Translations under genes and position numbers: made by a program
Shown here: one piece after another, positions 46,101 through 57,524 of the stretch
Position numbering within the stretch: the stretch's first letter is position 1
Layout of the letters: each line of letters begins with the position of its first letter
Assembly (NCBI GenBank): GCA_964035545.1
Contig: OZ037769.1
Location: forward strand, 682,001 to 746,000
Reading direction: 5' to 3'
Length of the DNA stretch: 64,000 nt
From: Bugula neritina
Lineage: Eukaryota; Animalia; Bryozoa
Notes under the pieces: generated by a model
What the model was told of the DNA's origin: nothing
Seen by the model: the letters and a program-made list of their open reading frames with translations, nothing else
The model's database searches: none

Positions 46101-47783
46101 ACACTAGTTGTACTTAAAATAAACTCAAAAAAACTTCAACAAGTAACATAAGCATGAGAATAAACTTACAGCATCTACTGCGTTGAGAGAGTCAAGGAAG
46201 TGCATGACAAGAGCTGCTACAGAGTCCTTGTTCCCACACACTGTAGCAATATGTAAAGGTGGGAGACCAACCAGGTCCCCTACTGTCATCTTTCTGTTGT
46301 TTAGAGCTGAGACTACCTCTGCACTGTGTGAACCACTTCTAATTATCTAAAAACATATACTCACAGCTCAAATCTGTAAAACTCTTGGATTATTTTTTTT
46401 CAAGTATTACAACAACGTTGTCAAATTTCTTTAGTATTTAGCATAAATTAGTAGATTGAGTGTTGAAAGCACATTTTATTCAATTTATGCAGCTTATAGA
46501 CTGTCTGTAATTTTTCTGTTTTATTCAGTCAACCCCCTCCCCCCCCCCTTAATGGGTATGATCACTATCATTGAACTATGACTAAGTTTCAGTTTATTGA
46601 TCATTATCAACTGAAATAGTTTATAGAACTTATTTTGTTTATGCAGTAGCCTCAGTGACAAGTTGATGTCAAGGACAAGTTGAAGCTACATGACAAGAAC
46701 TCAGGTACCTTATGCGCCTCCATTAGGTCTTCCTCCAGTGCCACCATGTCTTGGAGCATCTCAATTACAGATTTGTCCGCCTTGGCCACTCTTGCAAGTT
46801 GTTTGAGATGTAACGTCTTCCCTGATAGGACAGCTTGCTGCATGAAGTTCTTCTTCTTTTCATCATCTGTAAGTTTAGCAAGAATAGTTTGTTGACATCA
46901 ATTTGCAAGCACCTTATATCTTAAAAACTTTTTACCAGGGAATAATTACTCTAATAGAATAATTCTTAGCGCATTTAAAATTATTTAATCCAGAGTTAAT
47001 TACTTGAGATGGAAAAAGTTATGACATCCAAATCAGAAACATGCTATATAATTGTTATGATTTTTTAGTTGCTATGACAACGTATCTCTAAAGTGATAAG
47101 ACTTTTGATTAGTCAAAAATGGCTTACCAGATCCAACAGCAATTAAATAGGACTTCACATATTTTGTGAACATTGCATATTGCAGGCCGTCAATCATGGC
47201 ACTTAGTCCAGATACCCCGCTGCTGTCGCGGACAAACATGTTGCACTTTGACAGCAAAATCTCCCATGCTTCTGGTACATCTAAGCTGCTAACTGAAATA
47301 GTAAAAGTTAATCAAATGTAAATCATTGTTTTGAAAACTTGCAAGTACCAATTGTTAAATTTACTTGATAGAACTAGTAGACTTTTACAAAAAATACACC
47401 TGAAATATCAGAACTTACAACACAATACTTTTTCTCAAACATTATATTATGCATAAGCTATAAAATTTCAAACTTTATTCCTTTTTCAATTACTAGTTTC
47501 TAGCTACTTAGAGAACTTCTCAATCTAATAAACTTTAGTCTGATTTTCTTTTTAATTTCTAGTATCAAACTATATTAGAAGACATCTATTTTTAGAGCTC
47601 AAAGTGTATTATTTTATAGTAACACTTACAATGAGTGGCGGCTAAATGAACATAAGTCTGGCCATTACTACTCCTTAAACTAAAATCAACAGCAGCTGAG
47701 CCCAGAGCAGAGAGGATAGATTCTTTAGTCTTATCTTCTGCTGTAAGTGCTTGGAAGAGTGAGCTTTCTTCAAACTTTGCCAT
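40147..47783 (-). CDS. Ankyrin-repeat protein with internal Dpy-30 (DYDC-like) dimerization/docking domain and coiled coil, ~901 aa, 15 coding exons
   Basis: Exons 47783-47630, 47292-47128, 46866-46709, 46346-46170, 45706-45503, 44655-44455, 43737-43625, 43365-43214, 42842-42625, 42391-42216, 42048-41901, 41761-41626, 41503-41352, 41084-40881, 40494-40147; phases all compatible. Ankyrin motifs GLPPLHIA, GRTALHYA, LTPLHKA, GLTPMHFA; Dpy-30 motif LTAALAEVAEKRPWDPIEYLAQWL. Confidence 0.8.
45118..45487. repeat. 23-bp minisatellite (ctgcaagtaactgtcactacata) x~16, intronic
   Basis: Near-perfect head-to-tail units next to an exon donor; older degenerate units extend to ~44960. Confidence 0.95.
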
Positions 47784-48551
47784 GATAAACTGTGAAACAA
47801 GCTTACAGGTTTAAGATTTCATGAGTAATTTAAATTTATGAAAAATTTATTTTAGTTTTTATATGTAAAATTACTACTCTATACGCTTACTTGAATAAAT
47901 TACATCAAACCACAAATAAATTATTGTGCTTCTCTGCTGAAAGCCTTTAATTTTTAATCTATTCACAATAAAAATGAGCTCCCAGCTTGAGTTTGATTGA
48001 GAGTTTGATTAAATGATAATGTTTATAAACTAACTCTAAAAACTACTATACTCTACAATAAAATGATCCGGCAATCCAAGTAAGCTCAATCATTTTGATT
48101 AAGAGTGTCCTCTAATAATTAGTTTGATATTCTGACACTAATATTCATATTGAATTTATTAGGTGAAATGCTTCAGTTATAGTTACTATAGCATTTTATG
48201 GTGACTAAAGTATAATATTAGATACTTTTGTTTTCAATTTCTAAAACATTTCAAATTTACTTTGCCGTTTTAAAAAAGTATAAATTATTAAACATAAATA
48301 ATAAATTTAATATAAATAAAAAATAAAATACTAAAACTGTTAATTACAAGGCAGTCTCAAGGCTTTCATTCTTTTAACGATCAAGAATCGAGTAAATAAC
48401 TTACTACAGAAGTTTTTGTTCAGCTTCAATAATTAGGTAATCAAGCTAGTAAAACGCGTTTGAGTTAGTAAGGAGATCAATGGTGAACATTGAAATCGTT
48501 TACTATTATTGGTTTGTATGCAACAGTGAATGTAAACGAGACAGTTTTACG

Positions 48552-48564
48552 GTTGCCAGGTGAT
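48552..48564. promoter_or_regulatory. RFX X-box-like motif (GTTGCCAGGTGAT) upstream of the ankyrin/Dpy-30 gene
   Basis: Perfect GTTGCC half-site, ~150 bp upstream of a candidate 5'UTR-exon donor (minus strand, ~48400). Confidence 0.4.
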
Positions 48565-49178
48565 CTTATGAAAGGCTAGTTTCTATTGCACGCTAGTGTC
48601 TATATCACGACCTTGACATACTTCGTAGCAACCAAACGCATTAATATAAAAGAACACAACTCTTAACATATAGATGCTTTCGCTTTCATAATAAATTTGC
48701 ATTGGCTATTATATAAGATGTTGTGTATGATTATAAATATTATGAACACATTTATTGATGTCACTAATAAAAAACAGTTTTGAGCAAATCAAGTAGACCT
48801 ATTTGAAGCGGAAAGGTCGAATTGAAAAGTTAAAAATATGTTCGATATAAGACACAAATAAATAAACTATAAAATAATATAAATTCTTATTTTATAGCAA
48901 AAAATATTTATCTGGTATGTAAATCTTATATTATTGCTTAATTTTTAAATTATGCATCATAGCAAATAAAATGTCTGCAAAAACAGTTGAAACTGTGGTG
49001 TTGAGTGAGATGACAATCCTTTATGGAAATTTGTGCAAAATATCCAAATAAGTCAATTGCATAATACTCTTGACACTCTTATATTGTTAAAACATCCATC
49101 AATGTAATTGAATTGAATTTTTGCTACAATCAAAAATTTTTGAAATAAAAATACTTTCGGTAAATGATGTAACAACTG

Positions 49179-50713
49179 TTAGTAATGATCATCAAAATTC
49201 ATGTTGCCATGACGATTATGCTGATAGTTTATTCCACAATATTTGTCTCTAAGGAGAGGTCCGTAAACTGAATATACGGGTCTCCTGTGATTGGCTCCGG
49301 TCATAGCGTTACTGTGTGGGTACAGGTGATCATTGCCATAGATATTGTATGTACCCTGCAGTCCGTATTGGCCGCGCCCCCTTTTTGTTTCTGTCACAGG
49401 TCGACCTCCAGTATGGTAGAGGTCATTGGGGTGTGGCTTAGGGTAGTCCACTCTGAATGATGGATCTGTACTCCATTTCTCTGAAATAATAAAACAAAAA
49501 ACTGAAACCACTACTTCGTCTATTTCATCTAAATTATACTTTATCACAATATTTTTACAACCAGATGTCTTAAGTTTTTAAGTTTCATTCTATAATTCAC
49601 TGCATAATATGATGTCTACCACTCTATTGATTGATTTACATATCACAGCATGACAACACGTTGCAAAATTCAGTGTAAATATTATATCAGCTAATTTCAT
49701 AGTAGTTCTTCTATCACTTGTGTTTTAATTATAAAACAAAAAGAGATCGAACATTGCTATTAGGTAGCTACATCTGCTGAAAACAACTACCAATGAGATA
49801 TCAGGTTACAAGACAACACACCACTCATGGGCTCTTTCTCAAAAGGCCACTGTGTCTGTCTCTGTGGACCATATTTCTCTTTCATGGAGCCGTGTATGAA
49901 GTTAGGGTGAGGGGCGTTATGTTTGCTCCACCAGTTCTGATACGAAGAGACCACCGGCCTTCTCTGACTGTATTCTCTGTAGTGCAAACTCAGGCTAAAA
50001 ATACAATGGTGCAAATATAATAAACTTGAAACACCAAAAACATTATTTAAGAAGTTGTCTGCCCTTTCAGCTAAAATTCAATCTTCTAGTGAATTACTAA
50101 AATAATGCAGATTGGAACATATCTTTTCCAAAAAGAAATGAAAGGAATGCAATAAAGCCACAATTTTTAGAAATTTTCTCAATAATTTTACTTTTAACAT
50201 TTTATATTTAGAAACTGTCATTTTTTTCAATCTAAATAAGTTAATTTATCAAAGTAGCTCATGTAACTGAGTTAAACATATGTTGTGACATTGCAGTATG
50301 TTGCAAAGGTTTTCTTCCAATGTTTTTCACTGAACTTTATATAAGTCTGTTTAGTAGGACAACATTTTATTATTTCAAATTTCTCAGTTTGATCATTCAA
50401 AATGGTTGATTCACTCACTTATACACAAATTATATTCTTATATGGAATTGAAATACACGCGAGTTGAAAAAGCAATCTAAATGCATACGTGAAATAACTA
50501 AAGTAACTACTGATTGACCAACGGTGGAAATATAAAAAATGAATTTTTTTTAAACTTGAGATGAGAAACAACATGGTGATAGTCAATAGACGAAGTTAAT
50601 ACTTACTTCGGGCCTTGGGGTACAAAGAGTGAAGGAGCAGATAAAGTTCTTACATAGTTTGGGGGTACATCATCCCACCTTCGAAGAGGAGCAGGATCTA
50701 AGGCTGCACTCAT
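49179..50713 (-). CDS. Uncharacterized 187-aa Pro/Tyr/His/Gly-rich protein, 3 exons; possibly ciliary
   Basis: Exons 50713-50607, 49976-49822, 49480-49179 join in frame (MSAALDPAPLRRWDDVPPNY...MNFDDHY*). Confidence 0.7.
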
Positions 50714-50869
50714 ATTTAACTAAGTCATCCACGTCTACGAACACTAGCTACTAGTAGTACTACTAAACGTTGCTACTACTAAATTAACAAGCTCACTACT
50801 AGTACTAATAATACTACTAACTACTCTTGTCATACGAACCCGATTGCCTCGCAGCTTTTGTATTAAATA

Positions 50870-50882
50870 GTCGCCTAGCAAC
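50870..50882. promoter_or_regulatory. RFX X-box (GTCGCCTAGCAAC)
   Basis: Matches GTNRCC-N0-3-RGYAAC; ~157 bp upstream of the ATG at 50713. Confidence 0.6.
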
Positions 50883-53800
50883 AGCGTGTCAAGGCCTGAT
50901 AATTGTATTCCGTATTTACGAGCACACTTTTTATTTCTGGATAATAAAGTATTGACAACTCCAGTACCCTTGCACAATTCACTGTGAAAATAGAAATTGT
51001 ATTATTACAATTATTACAACTTTTATTACCAACGTGGCATTAATCTGTATTATAGCTTAAGCCACGCTGACTACAACAAAGTCTAGAAACTATAATATAT
51101 TATTATGCTGCTACTTATTATGCTTTTAGTAGCCATAATGTTTCTTTTGCAAATTCTCAGTTTTTTTATAAATTTTGAATAATTGCTGAGTTGTTGTTTT
51201 TAGATCTAATTAGTTCAACAACTTGATGTTTGAGCATTCATTAGCTAGATCAGACATAATCATTTCAAACAAAACTATAATAATCAAACTCAATTTAAAT
51301 ATTATATATGGAATATTTGGCATTACTACAAGTTGCAAGAGCTAAGCACCTTTTACAATAATACTGCTTATTATAAGTTTTTGTCTAATACATACATTCA
51401 TAAAATTATGCTTCAGAAAGTTGCTAAATGATAGCAACCAGAGATTACATCATTGTATTTTATAAAGTGCCACTATTTACACTTTATACTGAAAAGTTCA
51501 CACAGCTTTACAGCATGTTCTTAGAAATGTTTTCTACGATAAATTACAGAGTGGTGATCATTATATAATTACAGTCTTTGAATGGTTTATATATCTGATT
51601 GTACAGTAGAATAATTAGCTTATTAGTCCAAGTGACAGATGTATTCACACTACAGTTAAACTACAACTCTGTTCGGGTGGCCAAGGTACCCACTCAGAAA
51701 ACTCAGGTTATAAATGAAATTGTAAGAAAAACACAAGCTAAATTTTATTTAATTTAAATAAAACTTACGAACACAACTTAAAATTTCCCATGACAGAGAA
51801 CAGCTTTACAGACAGGGAACAGCTTTACAGACATGAAACATGTCAAGATCCTTAGTTATACTATTTATTCTTAGTTACTAGTTATAATAATTAGTTAATG
51901 GTTATTAGATAGAAGTTGATATTTGGGAGTGAATAATAATAATAGTATAATATATTTGTTTTATAATTAAATGAGCATATGACCCATTTTAGAAGAATGA
52001 AATACACAACACTTCTTATTGGTAGTAAAAAATATTAATGTAGTTTTATTTGTTTACAAATTGCAAATAGCAAGTAAAATATGGCGAATTTTGACCTTGA
52101 CAAATAAATGTCTTTCGGCAGCGTCTAAATTTAACTTCCTGTTTCTTTGTTCTATAGTTATAGTTGATAGTAATTGCTTGTAACGTAAATTGTTATAAGG
52201 GGTTTATTTTAATATTAATATTGAATATTGATAGGTTTTATTATGCGTATTATATGTTCTATTAGATCCACTGCTACTGCTGTTATTTATTTAGGAATTT
52301 CAGATTTCACTGATGTAGGTATCTCGAATGTGGTTCTTAAACTTGATTGGCTCAAGGATTTCATTAACTTAGCATCACTCCGCGAAACCAGCAGTTTGAA
52401 TACGGCATATTCTTTGAATAGAAAAACAATTCCGGCATTGCACACAGCTACAAGCACTCTCAATGTGAATTATCTGCATTGTATTTCAAGTGATTAGCTA
52501 GAGTGTATATATTATACTGTACAGCCAATTGTTGCCGTATCAACACTCAGATTATATAATATAAAGCCAAACATTAAATTTAAATTTTAACCGATTTGAT
52601 TCAAAATATCTTATAATTTAGCAATTTATAGGCCTGGTGTCATGCTAGATAGCTGGTCACGTAGTGACAGGTTGTTTTATAAATATAGAATTTAAAATAT
52701 TTTTCTGTAAAGCTTCTTAAAATAGACTCCAACTAAATTATTTTTTTTCATGAATTAGTAAATCAAAGTTTAGGACAAAAATGCATATACAGAAGATGAT
52801 ACAAGATGTAACTGTAACTGTAGCTAGCATGCTTAGATTCCATGATGTAGAAAAATTGCAACACAATTTTGTAGTTTTATAAGGTTTAGTTCTTAATACA
52901 TTCAAGCTTTCTACCAATATAAAAAATGTGGTAAACGAAGAAAATTGTCTGCAAACAATATTTAGTAGTTAAGTGAAACTTAGTTCTGTTTCCGCAGGCA
53001 GGTTTTCCAGTCAATTAGATAAACTAACTTTGCTAATGGCTGATGACATAACCTCTGCATTAGTGGCCCTTCAGCTACAATGCATTGTTATAGAGGAGGT
53101 ATTGTTTGCTTGTTCAGCTTCAACTCTACTGTGGGAATATTGGAGTAAGTGGAAGCTATTAAACCCTATATTAAGATCACATAACCTTCTGGTCAAGCTA
53201 AAGAATGTGGTATCTGGAATATTCTAGGATTTGTGATCATAACATTACAATAGACTTACCAAAACACAAAACATTCTCGTATTTGATTTAGTGATTAAAA
53301 TTCAAATTCGTATAAACATATATTGTGCTGTATTTTCTCACACATATTTGGCAAAAAATGTTAATTGATGATAATTATGCAATTGATGCATTTCCTCAAG
53401 AGATTTGGCCCTATCAAGACAGAGGTAGGTTTCTCTCTGCGTTACCTCATTTTCAGATACCAAATTACTTTAATATCTTTCACGTTCACTCTTCTATTGA
53501 CTTACTATTTACTAACGCGCAGCTAAAACTATCAAAGTAGAAATATAATTATAGATTAACAGCTATAGTAGTGTAACTAGCTTAGAGAGAGGAAATAGCT
53601 GCAGGCTACACTTTGATGTAGAACATTTCTGTACTGCTAAACACCAAATAGGTACGTCTGTTCTAACAGGGAGTTTAGTATGCACTCAGTGTCAGTACAA
53701 TTACATACTCATGGTGTGACACATTGACAACGCATGCAGGTCTTCCTTTTCACATCTGTCATTTCTAGCCCATCCCATTCTCTATGTCTTGACAAGTTCT

Positions 53801-56556
53801 TGCAAGTGCTCCTTCTGTTACAGCTTTAAACCTAACAGGTCGTGTCAATATGTCCTTAGCTATTCAATTGATGATACTGCTAAACGTACTCTCAGTTTAG
53901 CTCAATACTTGATAAACTGAGATAATTAAGTGCAAGCAGTAATTACGTCCTTCAGCTATATACCTATTTAAGTTATTTCTGGCCAAATATCTTTGTTTTC
54001 ACTTTCAAACTCAACTTAAAATGGCTAAAGTTAGTTCAACTCATTCTTCTCTGATTGTCAACATTTTGGATATGTGTCTTTATTCAATCACACGTTTGTT
54101 CAAGGAATGCCCTTAGGCAAACTGCCCTTTAAATTTAGCAAATATTAGCATTAAGCCTCAGGGACGGATTGCTAGGGGTATATTCACAGCATAAACCCTT
54201 AACCAGCAGCAATCGAGTGAAATTTCTAAAATTCTCAGCACTACATATATGATAAGAATATAGTTGATTTATCATTTGTCGATCAAACCACATGTAACCT
54301 TTAAAATCAGGATTCAGTGTAGATCCCTAATTCTTAGCAAATTACGTTGATTATACATATTCGAATATATTTTATCCAGCTATGACATAATGACATACAA
54401 GACATAATATAAAACTTTACACCCGCTAACTGAATAACTTTTAACTCAACACAACAAATCTATGAGCACAAAATTTAAAAATAACTGCATACTTGTTTTC
54501 AGAAAGAAAGTAACTAAAAGCTGTTTTTATTTTGAATATCTGTATAAACCTTCATCTTGCTTACTCGGGAGTGAAAAACATTTAAAAGGCCAAGTATAAA
54601 TTGGCATAGCTCTTAGAAGTTCAACAGAATTTCTGGAATTAATTTAGTCTCCAGCAATGTAAAAATGATTAAATTAAGATATGTATTTATATGAATAATG
54701 TTTAGCTGAAATACTTGCAATATTCTTTAGATTTTCTCAACTTTACAACCTTTACAACCAGTTGCCTATAAATCTTGCATTTTAAAGTTATTTCAAGCTG
54801 ACAAAAAGAATCCGAACTTTTTCCGGCTTCTAACTTCTAAAACAGCTTTCACGGCCTAACAATTCAACTGCCAAGCTTTTTAAGCGTCAGAGCTTGTCCG
54901 TGATAACTGAATATGTTTGTTACAGCAGCTACACTCAGACTAGAGTTAGTCTACACTCAGTCTATGCTCTTCTGGGACCAGTTGCAAGCTAATAAAGTTT
55001 GACATTGTTAAAGGTATGTATTTCCAATTGTCTTTTTAGTAACAATAGTTACATTTAGTGTATAATTCCCAGTTTCTCACACCTGTTTAGCAATTACCTT
55101 AACAGATAAAGCAATCTGTGAACTATAAATAGCCTCGTAGAGTAATTACACTTGAAGAATTATGAATAATAGTTAATCATATATGTTAATATCTATATTT
55201 ATTTAGGTAGTACATAATTATATCTTCTACCAACAAAACATAAAAACAATTAATAGTTTAATGTGATTTTCAATCAATTCTATTGTTTCTTGGATGAACC
55301 AGTTTAGTATAAAATCAATAATGAAATCGAAAACATTAACATAATTAAATTTAAGCTTCAACCAATAAGAATTTAGCATTCCTTGAAATATAAGGCTCAA
55401 TGTGAAATGCTACTTTGTCATTTAATGTGATGACACTAATAATAAAATACAATTAATGTGCTACAATCTTGCTTGGGTTGTTATTTTGGCTTGAATACAG
55501 TAATCTGTAATTTTACCATCTGACTGACCATAAAGTTTATTTTCAACATTAATATTTTAGTTCTCACAGCTATTTACACCAGCATACAATTTGTATTTAT
55601 TTCTCTCTGTCAAATTCTTTAAACTGTCAAATTTATTTAGTTTATTCACACTTCCAAGTCAACATAGTGATCTGCACATGAAGAATTTGTTAGATCTGTA
55701 AAGTATAGAATACTCTAGACCTCCTGAACTGCTCTATGGAAAGTTGCTACAATTTATGATGACATGCTTAGAATTTAGAATTATCTATAGAGTAAATAGA
55801 TAGATAATTCTATATAATTATCTATGTATTATATGTATATAGAATTCTAATAGTATATATAGAAACTAGATACTATAACCCTTTAATCTGCAATTTACTT
55901 TTAACAAATTATTCTAGTCAATAGATTTGTCCAAGAACTAAAAAATGCAGGTTTTAGACTAATGAATTATCAACTCATCATTTTATTTATACTGTTGCAA
56001 TAATCCTATTTACAACAGCATGAGAATTGTCTTCCCTTAGCCAATGCTCAGCATATAACAAGTAAAACACTACTGACAAACAATATTTTAATGCAGTTCT
56101 AATTGGATAAAAACATAAACGTAAAATTATTCAGCCTAATTTTGCAATTTCAGCTCAAAACTTATTTATTCAACCACCCATACTGCGTACTTAGCGTACG
56201 AAACAGTGTTCAAACAGCTAATATTAACAAACTAATATAGCATTATTTTTTGTTTTTTCAGACTTCATAGATATTAAAAATTATACAATTGATTTTGCAT
56301 CACATGTGTAGTTCACTGTTCTTTGTGGCAATTTTTGAGAAAGAATACTATATATAATATATTTAAAGAAACAAAATATCTATTGTTTTAGCATTAGCTA
56401 ATTTAATATCCATGTGAAATATCCTGTTCTTTAAAACATATATACAGGTAACGAAAATTTAGTTTAAATAATTGCCTGTCTAAACATAACACTCCTTGTA
56501 TTAATTAGTCAAAACATAACGTGGAATTATTCAATATTCGTGATTACTTTCACATC

Positions 56557-56616
56557 CCAATAATTTTGAGTAACAGTTCTAGCCAATGAACAGTTATGTA
56601 ATGTTTATTAGCCAAT
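56557..56616 (+). promoter_or_regulatory. Clustered CCAAT boxes (56557, 56583, 56612)
   Basis: Two AGCCAATGA copies 29 bp apart plus a third CCAAT, ~120-175 bp upstream of ATG 56733. Confidence 0.45.
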
Positions 56617-56732
56617 GAGATATTTCAGATTTAGCTGTTGAGTTACTAGTATAATTATCCAGGCATAGTGAAGGTAATGGCTAGTTGATAATAGTGTGTG
56701 CTTTAGGTCGGATTATTGATTTGCAACAACTC

Positions 56733-57524
56733 ATGGCTTCCAACGAATCTCCAGTAGTGGAAGAAGAAGACCTCCACTCCGGCTGGGAAGTAGTTTCCTG
56801 TCGCAGAAGGCTATACACGCCACGCACAAGAACTTCCAGGCAAATAGAGAAAGTAAGTAAAAGCATCACAGAACTCAACAATGTGCTCAACAAGCTGCAC
56901 AGTAGAGGTGAGACTGCGGAGAAGAGAAAACAGGGACTGGCTAAATACAAAGTTGATCTAAAAATGGCAACAATTGAATCGGTGAAAGCAATGTACGCGG
57001 AGTATTTGAGACAGAAGGTTGTACAGCTCTCCAAATACAATGCAGAGACTGAGTTCCAGACCACAACATTAGAGAGCTTTACCACTCCAGACAAGGAGGG
57101 TTCAACCAGATCTCTTTTCACCACGCCAAAGAGAAGCTCTAATAGCACCCCTGCACCTTCTCCAGTCAGCCATAAGACCGAACCTGCAGAAAGCTCTGAC
57201 ATCACGAAACCTCCGTCAGCCACCCACAATGCACTGCCGCCATCAACTAACGCTGACTTTGCACAAAGGACTAGTTCAAGTTTAGTTGAAGGCAAAGACT
57301 TGAATGCGGCTGCGTTCACAACCCCGACATCCAAATCATCCAGAGTTTCCACAGTGAAGCAGATGTCAACCCCTAAAGGCTCTCCACCCAACCAGGTCTC
57401 TAAGTGTCTGTCAAAATCCAAAGGGAAGAGTCCGATTGTCTCGGCCCTGGAAAGAGATCTTACTCCTACAAGAAACGCAGAAACTCCAAGGTTCAGAAGT
57501 CCGCTTGCCAAACCCCTGAAGTAG
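56733..57524 (+). CDS. Intronless uncharacterized protein, 263 aa: N-terminal helical/coiled-coil region plus S/T/P-rich disordered C-terminus
   Basis: Long ORF with GC well above its flanks; ATG in ctcATGG context; AATAAA near 57901. Confidence 0.65.
   Translation: MASNESPVVEEEDLHSGWEVVSCRRRLYTPRTRTSRQIEKVSKSITELNNVLNKLHSRGETAEKRKQGLAKYKVDLKMATIESVKAMYAEYLRQKVVQLSKYNAETEFQTTTLESFTTPDKEGSTRSLFTTPKRSSNSTPAPSPVSHKTEPAESSDITKPPSATHNALPPSTNADFAQRTSSSLVEGKDLNAAAFTTPTSKSSRVSTVKQMSTPKGSPPNQVSKCLSKSKGKSPIVSALERDLTPTRNAETPRFRSPLAKPLK

Noticed and set aside
51000-56500. Short ORFs at 52228, 52973 and 53325
   Set aside because: No domain motifs or consistent splice-phase chain; treated as non-coding, though small exons could be missed.
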